Position numbers and translations under genes: made by a program. This document shows positions 52,546 to 64,000 of a stretch of 64,000 nucleotides of DNA, one piece after another (within the stretch, counting starts at the first letter, position 1; each line of letters begins with the position of its first letter). The DNA is from an uncultured Alphaproteobacteria bacterium (GTDB lineage: Bacteria; Pseudomonadota; Alphaproteobacteria; Sphingomonadales; Sphingomonadaceae): assembly GCA_963785855.1 (NCBI GenBank), contig CAWAWT010000011.1:7946-71945 (forward strand). Direction: 5' to 3'. Under the pieces are notes generated by a model, which did not search any database, had not been told where the DNA came from, and was given only the letters and a program-made list of their open reading frames with translations.

Positions 52546-53295
52546 CTAGCGGCGGTTGCCCATGAAACGTAGCAGGAACAGGAACATGTTGATGAAGTCG
52601 AGGTAGAGGTTCAGCGCCCCTATCACCGCCGACTTCGCCATCGCTTCGCCATTGCCGGCGACCGCGAAATAGATGCTCTTGATCTTCTGGGTGTCATAGG
52701 CGGTCAGCCCAGCAAAAATCAGAACGCCGAGCGCACTGATTGCAAGATTGAGGCCCGGCGAATGCAGGAAATAATTAAGCAGCATTGCGACCAAGAGTCC
52801 GACCACGCCCATGATGAGGAAGGTTCCCATCGCTGAGAGATCGCGCTTCGTGGTGTAGCCGTAGAGGCTGAGACCCAGGAACGCCGCAGCCGTCGCAAAG
52901 AAGGCCTGTGCCACCGATGCTCCGGTATAGACCACGAACAAGCTCGAGAACTGGACGCCGACGAGCGCCGCATATAGCCAGAACAGGCTTTGTGCAGTCC
53001 TCGCTGAGATGCGATTGATCCCGAAGCTCAGCGCGAAAACGATTCCAAGCGGTGCGAGCAATGCGACCCAGAACAGTGGCGTCGCCTGGCCCGTCGCCGG
53101 GTTGACGATCAGATTGATGAGACTGCTGTTGGCGAACAGCATCGCGATGATGCCGGTCAGAAGCACCCCCGACGCCATATAATTGTAAACCGACAGCAGG
53201 TACGACCGAAGGCCCACATCGCGGGCGGCGCGCGGAACACCAACCGTTGCGGCGGGGCTCACGCCAGTCGTGCGCGGGTCATTCCATTCAGCCAT
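52546..53295 (-). CDS. Bax inhibitor-1/YccA family membrane protein
   Basis: DVGLRSYLLSVYNYM, YGYTTKRDLS, LTAYDTQKIK, ALNLYLDFINMF. Confidence 0.93.
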   Translation of the reverse strand: MAEWNDPRTTGVSPAATVGVPRAARDVGLRSYLLSVYNYMASGVLLTGIIAMLFANSSLINLIVNPATGQATPLFWVALLAPLGIVFALSFGINRISARTAQSLFWLYAALVGVQFSSLFVVYTGASVAQAFFATAAAFLGLSLYGYTTKRDLSAMGTFLIMGVVGLLVAMLLNYFLHSPGLNLAISALGVLIFAGLTAYDTQKIKSIYFAVAGNGEAMAKSAVIGALNLYLDFINMFLFLLRFMGNRR

Positions 53296-53452
53296 TTCAT
53301 CTCCTTCGCGCGGGGACACATGGCCCCGTATCGCTTCCGCAATATATCGTGGATGACCTTAACGACTTCAAGCGAATCCGAACAAGCCGTCCAACGATCG
53401 GAATAATAGAGGGCTGGCCTGACCGACTGCTGAACCTATATTCGCCCCCGAC

Positions 53453-54484
53453 ATGGCCAAAAAAGCGATCAAGACCAAAGCTTCGGCGCTGCCCGCCGTC
53501 ACCATCGTCATCGAGTGGGAGAATGCCATCGATGTCGAAGATAAATGGACCAGGGCCGCAATGGCCGCGCTCGAACGCGAGATCGCCACTGTTGGCCCGC
53601 GCATGGCTGAGAAACCCCGCGTCATGTATCTCTACAACAAGAGGACGGTCGATCCGACCATCATCGACCAAACGCTCAAAAGCGTCGCTCCGCGCCTTAA
53701 GGAACTCGCCGAGCTCGAGGTGATCCCGACCGACGGCCTTACTTATTACAAACTCAAGAATTTCGGGATCGCACAGGCGAAGACCGACATCTCGATCATG
53801 CTCGACAGCGATGCTGCGCCTCAGCCCGGCTGGCTGGAGAGCCTGCTCAAGCCCTTTTCCGACCCGGACGTCATGGCCGTCGCCGGCTTCACCTTTCTCG
53901 GGCACGACGATCTCCTGTCGCGAACCATGGCGCTCAGCTGGATCTTCGATCTTCACGATGAGGGGCGAAAGACGGTCAGGCGACACAAGATGCACGCCAA
54001 CAACGCCGCCGTCCGGACCGACTTCTTCCGCGAGAATCCCTTCCCCGACCTGCCAGCTTTCAAGAAGCAATGTGGTTTCTGGCTGCGCGACATTACCGAG
54101 CGTGGCTACGGCTTCGTCCGCACCGAAGGCGCGCAGACCATCCACGCGCCCCACCCCGGTTTCCGCTTCCTCACCTGGCGCGCATGGATCACTGGAACGG
54201 ACCGCGATTTCCAGCTCTTCCAGACCAAATCGCGCTCGCGGTTCGTCCGGATCGGGCGCGCCGCCGGTTATTCGGGAGGTCGTCTCGCAACCTCCTGGTG
54301 GCGGATCATGACGAAGGGCGGCAAGGTCGACCTACCGGTCTGGCAGCGCCCGGCGGCAATGATGATCGTGCTCGGTTTTTACGGAATAGCGTTCGCCGGA
54401 GCGTTGACCAGCGCGCTCACCCGAAGCTTCGAGCCACTGGCCAAGTCAAAGCGGCCGAGAGCCAGCAAAGCGGCAACTGCCTAA
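53453..54484 (+). CDS. Glycosyltransferase family 2-like protein
   Basis: YYKLKNFG, DxD motif LDSDAAPQPGWLESLL, ANNAAVR; C-terminal TM helix. Confidence 0.8.
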   Translation: MAKKAIKTKASALPAVTIVIEWENAIDVEDKWTRAAMAALEREIATVGPRMAEKPRVMYLYNKRTVDPTIIDQTLKSVAPRLKELAELEVIPTDGLTYYKLKNFGIAQAKTDISIMLDSDAAPQPGWLESLLKPFSDPDVMAVAGFTFLGHDDLLSRTMALSWIFDLHDEGRKTVRRHKMHANNAAVRTDFFRENPFPDLPAFKKQCGFWLRDITERGYGFVRTEGAQTIHAPHPGFRFLTWRAWITGTDRDFQLFQTKSRSRFVRIGRAAGYSGGRLATSWWRIMTKGGKVDLPVWQRPAAMMIVLGFYGIAFAGALTSALTRSFEPLAKSKRPRASKAATA

Positions 54485-54503
54485 TTGAGCCCGCAACGAG
54501 GGT

Positions 54504-55310
54504 TCAATCGCCGTGCTTGCGCTTGTGAACCGGATAGTCGGGGATCGGCTGAAGCACTCCGAATCTCTCCTTGAGCGGCGGGTGATCGAGGGGCGGCCAC
54601 GGGATTGGGGCAAGCGGCAGGTCGCAGTCGGGCAAGCGATCGAGAAGGTCGCGTAGCAATGTCAGCCGCCCGACGCGCTGGTCGTTGAAATCGACCAAAG
54701 TCCACGGCGCGAAGTCGGTGTAAGTCGCCTCGAGCATCACCTCGCGAGCGGCGGTATAAGCTTGGTATTGCTCGCGTGCCTTGAGATCGATCGGCGAAAG
54801 TTTCCAGCGCTTCATCGGATTGTCGAGGCGCTTCTCGAACCTTTTCTCCTGAACATTCTGGTCACAGCACAACCAATATTTGAAAAGCAGGATACCGGCA
54901 TCGATCAGCTGGCGTTCGAATTTCGGAGCGGCCTCGAGGAAAGCTTGCACCTCATCCTGGGTCGCGAAGCCCATGACCTTCTCGACGCCCGCCCGGTTAT
55001 ACCAGCTGCGATCGAACAGCACGATCTCGCCGGCCGCTGGAAGGTGCTCGACGTAACGCTGGAAATACCATTCCGTTTTTTCGCGATCGCTTGGGCCGGG
55101 AAGCGCGGCGATCCGACACTGGCGCGGGTTGAGGACCTTCGAGATCATTGCGATTGAGCCGCCTTTCCCGGCAGTATCCCGTCCTTCGAAGATGACGATT
55201 AGGCGCTGCCTGGTCTCGGAAACCCACCTCGCCATTGCGCTGAGCTCGTGGGCCATCGGGTCCAGCAGTTTTGCATAGCGTTTCTTGCCGAGCTTGCTCT
55301 TGCCGCCCAT
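54504..55310 (-). CDS. ppk2: Polyphosphate kinase 2
   Basis: FEGRDTAGKGG, WYFQRY, FDRSWYNRAGVEKVMGF, WKLSPID. Confidence 0.95.
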   Translation of the reverse strand: MGGKSKLGKKRYAKLLDPMAHELSAMARWVSETRQRLIVIFEGRDTAGKGGSIAMISKVLNPRQCRIAALPGPSDREKTEWYFQRYVEHLPAAGEIVLFDRSWYNRAGVEKVMGFATQDEVQAFLEAAPKFERQLIDAGILLFKYWLCCDQNVQEKRFEKRLDNPMKRWKLSPIDLKAREQYQAYTAAREVMLEATYTDFAPWTLVDFNDQRVGRLTLLRDLLDRLPDCDLPLAPIPWPPLDHPPLKERFGVLQPIPDYPVHKRKHGD

Positions 55311-55569
55311 CGCCTGCCCTCTCCAGCGTCTCGTCGCATGCAGAGGCGCTGATTGAAACCGATCTCCCAGGTCTACCGTGAGTTCATCCGCTAGAGAACG
55401 CCGAAGAATTGCCTCCACGAGATGACCGAGGAAGATCCAACTGCAAACGGCCGAGTTGGCCTCAACGTCATTCAGCGCGCGCGGCTACCGATATCTCCCG
55501 GCGGCCGGTCTGCGCGCAGCCATCCGGTAAAGCGGCACGTCGCGAGCCGAGGCTGCGAAATAGTCCGCG

Positions 55570-55864
55570 TGCAGCGGGAAAATGCTGATAGAAGAACTGG
55601 AACCCGTTGCGCGCGCCCTGGGCGACGGCGTGCATGATCTGGCTCCGCTTCTCAGTGGTCAGGTCGCGCAACGTCCGATCCGCGCAGCCCCGCAACCCGT
55701 CGCCTTGGTTGAAGCACAGTCCTCATGGTGTCTGCTCCTTGAGCATTGTTTCGATAACGAGCGCGCTATCGTTCGCCACGAACTCGCAGAATCTGGACCC
55801 GGCCGGACTGATGGTAGGATGCCGCCAGCGCTTCGACGTCGTGTTCGGGTCCGAATTCGAACAT
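55570..55864 (-). pseudogene. 5' fragment of a probable 2OG-Fe(II) oxygenase gene
   Basis: Manual translation MFEFGPEHDVEALAASYHQSGRVQI/EFVANDSA...QTP*GLCFN...AQGARNGFQFFY with one frameshift, an internal TGA and no catalytic half. Confidence 0.5.
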
Positions 55865-55930
55865 GACCGCGATCTAGGTCAGCTCCTGGCCATTGCACAA
55901 TCCGGCGATGTTTGCCGTTAAGCGCGCGTC

Positions 55931-56464
55931 ATGCACCGCCTGTTCGTCGCCGTTCGTCCACCGGAATTCATTTGCGACCTTTTGGTCGATGCAATGGACG
56001 ACAGCGCCGACTTTCGCTGGCAGACCAACGAGCAACTGCATCTGACGCTACGCTTCATTGGCGAGATCGAACGACCGATCGCCAACGATCTCGCCGACGC
56101 TTTGGGCCGAATTCGGAGCGGGCCATTCGAGCTCAAGATCGCGGGCGTTGGCCGTTTCGAGCAGCGCAATTCGGGCGCCCTCTGGGCAGCAGTCGAACCG
56201 CGGACGCCAGTCTCAGCGCTCGCGTCCAAGGTCGAGCGCTCCTGCCAATCCGTCGGCCTCGAGCCCGAGCGCCGAGCCTTCCATCCGCACATCACGCTCG
56301 CCCGCTGGAACGGCCGCCGAACTCGCGAAGTGCAGAGCTATCTGGGCAAGGTGCAGTCGCTCTCGTCGGATCCCTTCGTGGTCCATGAGTTCATTCTCTT
56401 CGAAAGCCGCCTGTCGCGACATGGAGCGCATTATGAGGAGGTCGCGTCCTACCCGCTGCGTTAG
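55931..56464 (+). CDS. thpR: RNA 2',3'-cyclic phosphodiesterase (2H family)
   Basis: RLFVA, HLTLRFIG, FHPHITLAR, LFESRL. Confidence 0.93.
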   Translation: MHRLFVAVRPPEFICDLLVDAMDDSADFRWQTNEQLHLTLRFIGEIERPIANDLADALGRIRSGPFELKIAGVGRFEQRNSGALWAAVEPRTPVSALASKVERSCQSVGLEPERRAFHPHITLARWNGRRTREVQSYLGKVQSLSSDPFVVHEFILFESRLSRHGAHYEEVASYPLR

Positions 56465-56867
56465 GATCGGCCATGACGCAGCTCCAGCTGCGACCACTCT
56501 TGGCGGCAGCCCGAAAAAATCCGGCTGATGTCAGCCAAAGGACCGCAAGGACCGCGCCAAACAATAGAGCTTTGGAGGGGCCCCCGGGCAGGTTGCTGAC
56601 GACGGGGCGGTCGCGATTGCAATGCCGAGCAACGCCTGCATGATCGCGATTCCAATCATGGTCCGGGCCATGCCGCGGGCCGAAACCAGGCGGAGCAGGA
56701 GCCGACCACCGCCGCCATGACCAGCATGAAGGAGCCGATGCCATTGCCATCGTCACGAACGACCGTGGTCCATAAGGTGAGAAGCGCGGTCGCGATCGCT
56801 ACGGCAACGCCCCACGGTAAGCCCGCCTTGAGCTCGCCGGTTCGTCGACTTCGTTCGTTCCTGTCAT
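56461..56867 (-). CDS. Small membrane protein with multiple frameshifts
   Basis: Hydrophobic segments across frames: AIATALLTLWTTVVRDDGNGIGSFMLV, IGIAIMQALLGIAIATAP, LAVLWLTSAGFFRAAAK. Confidence 0.5.
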
Positions 56868-57030
56868 TCCACGCTTCCCGCGGTCATTACCTCCTCCCGT
56901 TATGGCATCAGCGACGATGAGCGTCATGAGCGGCACGTGAGGAAGGCGTGATGCTGGCCCGTCCTTCAATCGCTGAAGCGCTCCGCTTCCAACCTTCGGG
57001 GCTCACGGAAACCTCGCAAAAGGCGGGAGA

Positions 57031-58971
57031 TTAGTTCGCGTCCTTCAGATATTTGTCGAACCAGTCGACCATCCGCTGGAGCGAGTCCTGCTGGTGTTCG
57101 CGCTTGCTGAAGCCATGACCTTCGTCCGGATAGAAGACGAAATCGACCGTGTTTCCCTTGTTCTTCAGGGCCTCGACCACCTGCTTGGCCTGCGCCGGCC
57201 GGGACTCGGATGTCGTTCTCGCCCTGCTGCACCAGGCAGCGGCGCCTTGACCGCGTCGATGTAGGTGAGCGGCGAGGTCGCGTCATAGACCTTCGGGTTC
57301 TGCTCCGGGCTCCCAAGCAGCGACTTCTGATACGCCTGTAACAAAGCGTCCTCATGCTGCCACATCGTTCGCCAATCGATGATCCCGAACAGGTCGACCG
57401 CCGCAGCGAACGCGTCCGGTTCGCGGCCGATCGCCATCAACGTCATGAAACCGCCGTACGACCCGCCAAAAATGCCGACGCGCTTCCCATCGACAAACCC
57501 GCTGTCGACGAGAAATTGCTTGGCCCCGAGCTCGTCCTTGAGGTCGCCTCCACCAAGGTCCTGGAAGTTTGCCTTCTGGAAGGCGAGCCCGTAGCCGGTC
57601 GAGCCGCGCGGGTTCGGCTGAATCACGACATAGCCGCGGCTTGCGAGCGCGGTCGCGTAGCGGTTGAACCCGTCGTTGGTCTGCCCGGTCGGCCCGCCGT
57701 GCGGCATGACCACAGCGGGATTGCTGCCGTCGCGCTTAAGGTTGAACGGCATGGTCACAACAGCGCTGACGAGCGTCCCGTCGTAACTCTTGTAGGTGAT
57801 GATCTTGGACTTCGGCAGATGCTCGGGCTCAAGGCTCGCCATCGCTAGGTGTGTCAGAGGCGCCATCGTGCCCGAGGCGACGTCGAACGCCTGGAGTTCG
57901 CCAGGAGTATCCGCGCCCGAATGGAGCACTAGCAGGCGGCGCGAATCGGGTGTGAATGGTTGCGTCCCGCTCGTCCCGTTCACGCCCGGAGGCATGGCCA
58001 GCGGCTGCTCGGCCAGGCTCGCGAGATCGACGAGCTCGAGCCTCTGCCGCCCATCTTCACCGGTCTGCACGACCATCGATCGCCCGTCGGGGCTGATCGC
58101 CCCGCTCGATTGCTCCCACGGCGTTGGCTTGAGCGTCCGGATCGCCCCTGTCGAGGGCATGAAAACTCCGGCATGAAGCTGCTTCGTCTGCTCGTTCGTC
58201 GTAATCGCGATTAAAGAGCCGTCCCGCGTCGCATCTGACGCGGTGTAGACCACCCCAGCCTTGCCGAGCAGCTTGGCTGCCTTGCCACTCGCAACATCCA
58301 CCTTCCAAATTTCGTTCGCGGTTCCGTCGGCGAATCCGCGGTTTGCGATCAACGAGCGTCCCCCATCGGTCCATGCGACCGCGTTCCAGCGCCACTGCGG
58401 GTCCGCCTCGTGAGTGAGCATTCGGACCGCGCCACTCGCGATGTCCATGACCGCGAGATTGACCTCTCCTTCGTTGCTGCGTTTGGTCGACAGAGCGATC
58501 GCTCGCCCGTCCGGTGCAATCAGCAGCGAATCCTCGCGAAGATCGGGAGTTTTGGTGAGGTTTCGGGGCGCCCCACCGGCGGTCGGAACGGCATAAATAT
58601 CGTATTGCTCGTTTCCGCCTTTGTCCTGCGTGTAGATAGAGCGTCCCGCCGTCTGGCGATATCGCGAAGCCCGCCTGGCCGTCGTCGCTTTGGGTCAGCT
58701 GGACAGGCCAACTGCCCGACGCGTTCATCCGCCAGATATTGTACCTGCCCGTGAGGTTCGTCGACACGAACAGCTGCCTTCCGTCCGCGCTCCAGGCAGC
58801 ATCGTAAACGCCGCGCGAGAACACGAGATCGCCGATCGGCACAGGCGCCGCCTGCGGATCGCTCGGCGACGCCAAGGTCCTGGGATCGCTGACCGGCCGC
58901 GCCGGCGTCGGAATTTCGGCGGCAGCTGCCGTGGAAAGCAGAAGCAGCGCCAGCAAGCATGAATGGTTCAT
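57031..58971 (-). CDS. Exported S9 family peptidase; frameshifts near 58635 and 57200-57240
   Basis: Beta-propeller repeats; PHGGP, NPRGSTGYG, GGSYGG, QGEND, DEGHGF. Confidence 0.92.
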
Positions 58972-59108
58972 CGATCTCGCCCCTAATGTCCTGTTCAAGC
59001 GGGGACTTTGGCACCAACCACCGGCCAAGCCAACGCTCGCAATTTGCCGCAACAATGCCCATATCGCGAACGTGCCGCGTTGACCCGCAGGGGCGGCTCC
59101 TTTAATTA

Positions 59109-59123
59109 GAACAAAGCTGGAAC
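59109..59123 (+). promoter_or_regulatory. LexA (SOS) box of uvrA
   Basis: GAAC-AAAGCTG-GAAC, exact GAAC-N7-GAAC, 11 nt before the uvrA ATG. Confidence 0.88.
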
Positions 59124-59134
59124 AGAGCCCCCTA

Positions 59135-62121
59135 ATGCTGACTCATATTTCCGTCCGCGGAGCCCGCGAACACAACCTCAAGGGAATCGACGTTGATATC
59201 CCGCGCGAGAGCCTGACGGTGATCACGGGCCTCAGCGGCTCGGGCAAGTCCAGCCTCGCCTTCGACACGATCTATGCCGAAGGCCAGCGACGCTACGTCG
59301 AAGTCCCTGAGCGCCTACGCCCGCCAGTTCCTCGAGATGATGCAAAAGCCGGACGTCGAGCATATTGACGGCCTCTCCCCATCGATCTCGATCGAGCAGA
59401 AGACGACCAGCCGAAACCCGCGCTCGACCGTCGCCACCGTCACCGAAATCTACGATTACCTGCGCCTTCTCTGGGCGCGGGTCGGAATCCCTTATTCTCC
59501 CGCGACCGGCCTCCCAATCGAGGCGCAGCAAGTCAGCCAAATGATCGACCGAGTAATGGCGCTACCCGAGGGCAGCCGCCATTACCTCCTCGCTCCCGTC
59601 GTGCGCGGCCGCAAGGGCGAATATCGAAAAGAGCTCGCCGAGTGGCAGAAGGCGGGCTTCACCCGAGTGCGCATCGATGGCCAGTTCCACGCGATCGAGG
59701 AAGCTCCCGCGCTCGACAAGAAGTACAAGCACGACGTCGAGGTGGTCGTCGACCAAATCATCGTTCGCGAAGGTATCGAGGCGCGCCTTGCCGATAGCTT
59801 CGAGACCGCGCTGAAGCTGGCCGAGGGCCTCGCCTACCTCGACCCCGCCGATCCCCAGCCGGACGCCGAGGCTCCGACCTCCGGAATGAAGCTGGACTAC
59901 GCTCCCCCTGGCCGCATCCTTTTTTCCGAGAAATTCGCCTGTCCGGTCAGCGGCTTTACCATCGCCGAGATCGAGCCGCGCCTGTTCTCGTTCAACGCTC
60001 CGCAAGGCGCCTGCCCAGCGTGCGACGGGCTCGGCGAGAAGCTCGTGTTCGACGAGGACCTCGTCGTCCCCAACCACGCGCTCTCCATCGCCAAGGGAGC
60101 GGTCGTCCCCTGGGCCAAGTCCAACCCGCCGTCGCCTTACTACATGCAGGTCCTCAGCAGCCTCGCCCGGGCATATGACTTCGACCTCCACGTCCCGTGG
60201 AAGGACCTGCCCGAAGAAGCGCGCGACGTCGTCCTCCACGGCACTCACGGCCGAGCAGTCACGCTGCGCTTCATCGACGGCAGGCGCAGCTACGAAGTGA
60301 AGAAGCCGTTCGAAGGCGTCATCGGCAACCTCAACCGACGGATGGCGCAAACCAAGTCCGCCTGGATGCGCGAGGAGCTCAGCCGCTACCAGGGAAGCCG
60401 CCCATGCGAGGTCTGTCACGGCGCCCGACTCAAACCCGAGGCGCTTGCGGTGAGGATTGCCGGTGAGGACATCTCGAAGTCGACCCGCCGAAGCGTGGCC
60501 GACGCTTACGTCTGGTTCGCAAGCCTCCATTCCAAGCTCAATCCGACCCAGAATGAGATCGCCAAGGCCATCCTCAAGGAGATCAACGAGCGCTTGGGCT
60601 TTCTCCACAATGTCGGCCTCGACTATCTCCACCTCGACCGCACCAGCGGAACTGTCGGGCGGCGAGAGCCAGCGCATCCGTCTCGCCTCGCAGATCGGAT
60701 CGGGCCTCTCGGGCGTCCTATACGTCCTCGACGAGCCGTCGATTGGACTTCACCAAAAGGACAACGATCGCCTTCTCGAGACGCTTAAGCGCCTCAAATC
60801 TCTCGGCAACACCGTGCTCGTCGTCGAGCATGACGAGGACGCGATCCGCCATGCTGACCATGTCATCGACATGGGGCCGGGCGCCGGAGTCCACGGCGGC
60901 GAGGTCGTGTGTCAAGGGACCCTCGACGAGCTGCTAGCCTGCAAGGGCAGCATCACCGCAGACTATCTTTCCGGCCGGCGCGAGATCCCGCTCGGCAAGA
61001 CCCGCCGAAAGGGCAGCGGCAAGTTCGTTACCGTTCAGAACGCCACCGCCAACAATCTCCAGGACGTGACGGTCAAATTCCCGCTTGGCACCTTCACCTG
61101 CGTCACCGGAGTCAGCGGGAGCGGCAAGTCGTCGCTCACCATCGACACGCTCTACGCCGGCGCGGCTCGCAGCTTGAACGGCGCGCGCATCCCATGCGGC
61201 CCATGCAGCGGCATCAAGGGCCTCGAGCAGCTCGACAAGGTCATCGACATCGACCAGTCGCCGATCGGCCGAACACCGCGCTCGAACCCGGCGACCTACA
61301 CCGGCGCCTTCACTCAGATCCGCGACTGGTTCGCCGGCCTGCCGGAGGCCAAGGCGCGCGGCTACAAGCCCGGCCGCTTCAGCTTCAACGTCAAGGGCGG
61401 CCGGTGCGAGGCGTGTCAGGGTGACGGCCTCATCAAAATCGAGATGCACTTCCTGCCCGACGTCTACGTCACCTGCGACGTCTGCCACGGCGCCCGCTAC
61501 AACCGCGAGACCCTCGAAGTGAAGTTCAAGGGCAAGTCGATCGCCGACGTGCTCGACATGACCGTCGAGGATGCAGCCGACTTCTTCAAGGCCGTCCCCG
61601 GCATTCGCGACAAGATGGAGATGCTGAAGGAAGTCGGCCTTGGCTACGTCAAGGTCGGCCAGCCGGCGACGACCTTGAGCGGCGGCGAGGCGCAGCGCGT
61701 CAAGCTGTCGAAGGAGCTTTCCCGCCGCGCCACTGGCAAGACACTCTACATCCTCGACGAGCCCACTACTGGCTTGCATTTCGAGGACGTGCGCAAGCTA
61801 CTCGAAGTCCTCCACCGTCTTGCCGACCACGGCAACACCGTGGTGGTGATCGAGCACAACCTCGACGTCATCAAGACGGCGGACTGGGCGATCGATCTGG
61901 GACCGGGCGGCGGCGTCAATGGCGGGCGCGTTGTTGTGGAAGGAACACCAGAGACGGTGGCCGCGACAGCGGCGAGCTTCACCGGCCAGTATTTGAAGCC
62001 GTTGCTGGAGCGCGCTTCGGTGAAACCGGAAGTGGTGGAGGTTGCGCCGAGGCGGCCGAAGCGTGCACGGAAGGTCTCAGCAGCAGACGAGGACGAACTG
62101 GGGCTGGTTGCTGCGAAATAG
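59135..62121 (+). CDS. uvrA: Excinuclease ABC subunit A; frameshifts near 59300 and 60650
   Basis: [64 protein letters not shown]. Confidence 0.97.
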
Positions 62122-62358
62122 GCTCGCCATTTCAGCTGCGATCTGCCGTTTCGCTGAAATCGCTCCGGCGGAGCGTCGGTACCAGTCGGCGCTCATCCCC
62201 AAGCTTGGCAATGAGGCGGTCTCTCATCGGCCGAGGCGCCGAGGCACAGGCGGTTCCAACCAAATTTCGGTTAGTCCCAAGACGATACTGAAGCGAAATC
62301 ATCGGCACGGCAGCCGTTTACGAGCGTTAGCTGACCAGGATCGTAAAGGAGGTTCGCT

Positions 62359-62544
62359 TTGGACGCAGAACGGATCGTCGCCGTCGGACTGCTGACGCAG
62401 CGGGACGTGAACCTGCTTGGGCCGACATTCGAGCGGCTGTGGCCGATCGAGGAAGCGCCGTCCTTTGCGGATTTGCTTCGGACGATCGACGAGGTCGACC
62501 GAAAGGTCACGGCCGGCGAGCCGGCATCGTCTCCTAAGAGCTAG
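62359..62544 (+). CDS. Small hypothetical protein
   Basis: AGGAGG RBS; RIVAVGLLTQRD..LG...WP...FADLLRTIDE. Confidence 0.65.
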   Translation: MDAERIVAVGLLTQRDVNLLGPTFERLWPIEEAPSFADLLRTIDEVDRKVTAGEPASSPKS

Positions 62545-63173
62545 TTGGCGCTTCCCACGTAATTGGCGGCCGCGGCACTGGGATCCAGGGATGGCCGGGT
62601 CGCGTCATATTGGCGGGACTGTTGGAGACCCTGGCGCTGTTCGTCGCTTAGCCCCTGTTCCCATTGCGTCTCGGCGTCGGCCTGCAAGGCAGGTGGCGCG
62701 ATCTGGGCGGGCCCGCCTTTATCGATCCGGTCGGCCATCTGCCGAAGCAATGACCGCGCAGCGAGGTTCAGAGCCCAGTCCGGAGCATAGGCAAGTCGCT
62801 CCTGGCTGGTGCCCGCGAGAGCCGAGCGAAGAACATCATGATCGCCGTGGATTTTCGCGGTGATCAGCGTCGACTTGCCGCCGTCCTGGGATGAGAAGTC
62901 GAGCCTTGCATTCGCGCCCTCGCTGCCGGCGAAGAGGATCGAGACAAGGAGCTGCCGGTCTTGCTCGCGATCGACCCGGATCTCGTAGGGCAACCGCTTT
63001 CCTCCTTCGAATGAGGTCGTGCCCGACTGCGGCATGTTGTCGAGCGACTGCTCGACCGCTTCGTAAGTATCGCTCGGGCTCTTGTGCACGACCTGTTCGC
63101 AATCGCGTCCATAGACGCATCCAGCGATGCATCCCGTGCCGAGCAACGTCGGTCCGATGAGCCACTTCCACAT
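62541..63173 (-). CDS. Hypothetical exported or membrane-anchored protein
   Basis: 210-aa ORF with N-terminal hydrophobic segment. Confidence 0.65.
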   Translation of the reverse strand: MWKWLIGPTLLGTGCIAGCVYGRDCEQVVHKSPSDTYEAVEQSLDNMPQSGTTSFEGGKRLPYEIRVDREQDRQLLVSILFAGSEGANARLDFSSQDGGKSTLITAKIHGDHDVLRSALAGTSQERLAYAPDWALNLAARSLLRQMADRIDKGGPAQIAPPALQADAETQWEQGLSDEQRQGLQQSRQYDATRPSLDPSAAAANYVGSAN

Positions 63174-63317
63174 GCCAAAGAGCGTAGCTCAGGCCCTGCT
63201 AATGGAGGCTTAAGCGGCGGAATTAGAGCCTCGAAACGCCCTTGAAACCAAATTCGAATAAAGTCGTTTGTGCGTACGAAACGGCCGCTTTCGGCCAGAA
63301 ACAACAGGGTTTGCAAG

Positions 63318-63500
63318 GTGGCGGACTATAGGCTTTATGGCCTCGATGGGGTCAATAAGGTCGCGTCCGGCGAATGGTTCGAAGCCGACGACGACGAGAC
63401 CGCAATAGAGATCGCAACGAGGATGATGGACGGGCACGACTGCGAGCTCTGGCAAAGCTCGCGGCTGGTCGCTCGCGTCGCGCATAAGAACGGGCACTAA
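63318..63500 (+). CDS. Small hypothetical protein
   Basis: YRLYGLD...FEADDDETAI...ELWQSSRLVA; EcfG-like GAAAC-N16-CGTT at 63244-63268. Confidence 0.65.
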   Translation: MADYRLYGLDGVNKVASGEWFEADDDETAIEIATRMMDGHDCELWQSSRLVARVAHKNGH

Positions 63501-63552
63501 AACGTCGCAACGAAGGAGGCAGGCAATTGCGCCACCCTTCAGGCATCCGTGA

Positions 63553-63726
63553 CTAGTCGACTTTCGCCTTCGCGACCGCCTCCTCGAGCGTCTTTCGGTC
63601 GTTCCCATGCTGCTTGATCAGCGCGATAACCTGGTCGTCACTAAGCCCATGTTTCTTGCCGAAATAACGAACTTCGGCATGGTCGCTGGCGGCGACTCGG
63701 CCGCGATCGCTCTGCGTGTTCGACAT
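63553..63726 (-). CDS. DUF3606 family protein
   Basis: DRGRVA..EVRYFGKKHGLS..LIKQHGNDRKTLE; GAGGAG RBS. Confidence 0.8.
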   Translation of the reverse strand: MSNTQSDRGRVAASDHAEVRYFGKKHGLSDDQVIALIKQHGNDRKTLEEAVAKAKVD

Positions 63727-64000
63727 CTTGCCTGCTCCTCTTGAGATCGAGACGGCGGGCGCTTCACTCAACTCTGGCTGAAGCCCGGCGTCCAAACAGC
63801 AATAGGCGTGTTAGGCCGTGAGCCGCCAGCTTTATCGCCAGTCAACTCTTCGCGCTCCGAAGCCGCGGAAGGAACACCGCTCCCAAAGATCTGAGCCGTC
63901 CGAAAGCTCCGGCTCGACCCGCTCGCCTATCAGCCGCGCGAGGGTGTCAGGCGCTCTTTGCGCGCTGCTCTGCCTTTTTCACGAACAGGCGCAGCCAAAG

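Noticed and set aside
63947-64000. Possible 3' end of a minus-strand gene (LWLRLFVKKAEQRAKSA*)
   Set aside because: Too short at the window edge to identify

Overview
GC-rich alphaproteobacterial chromosome segment, most likely Sphingomonadaceae (cpaF, cpdR next to tRNA-Val, SapC, DUF1013/TrcR, DUF1192, queA-ppi-coaD-ispA-xseB, clpA, uvrA with a GAAC-N7-GAAC SOS box). Many genes, including housekeeping tgt and uvrA, are split by 1-nt indels, which looks like uncorrected long-read error rather than biology. The main accessory block is a decayed island (~11.27-26.72 kb) at the 3' end of tRNA-Val(GAC). On the left it abuts the orphaned 3' end of an alternative oxidase gene. It carries a predicted beta-1,2-mannoside utilisation system (TonB receptor, two GH130 enzymes, two MFS transporters, ROK kinase, mannose-6-P isomerase, Gfo/Idh/MocA oxidoreductase, two ROK regulators and a shared 24-bp operator), an integrase remnant and an RHH-FicA-FicT module. 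A second highlight is an unannotated ~175-nt rod-shaped structured RNA candidate at 35.5-35.7 kb that I cannot assign to a known family. All family calls come from recalled motifs; no database search was run.
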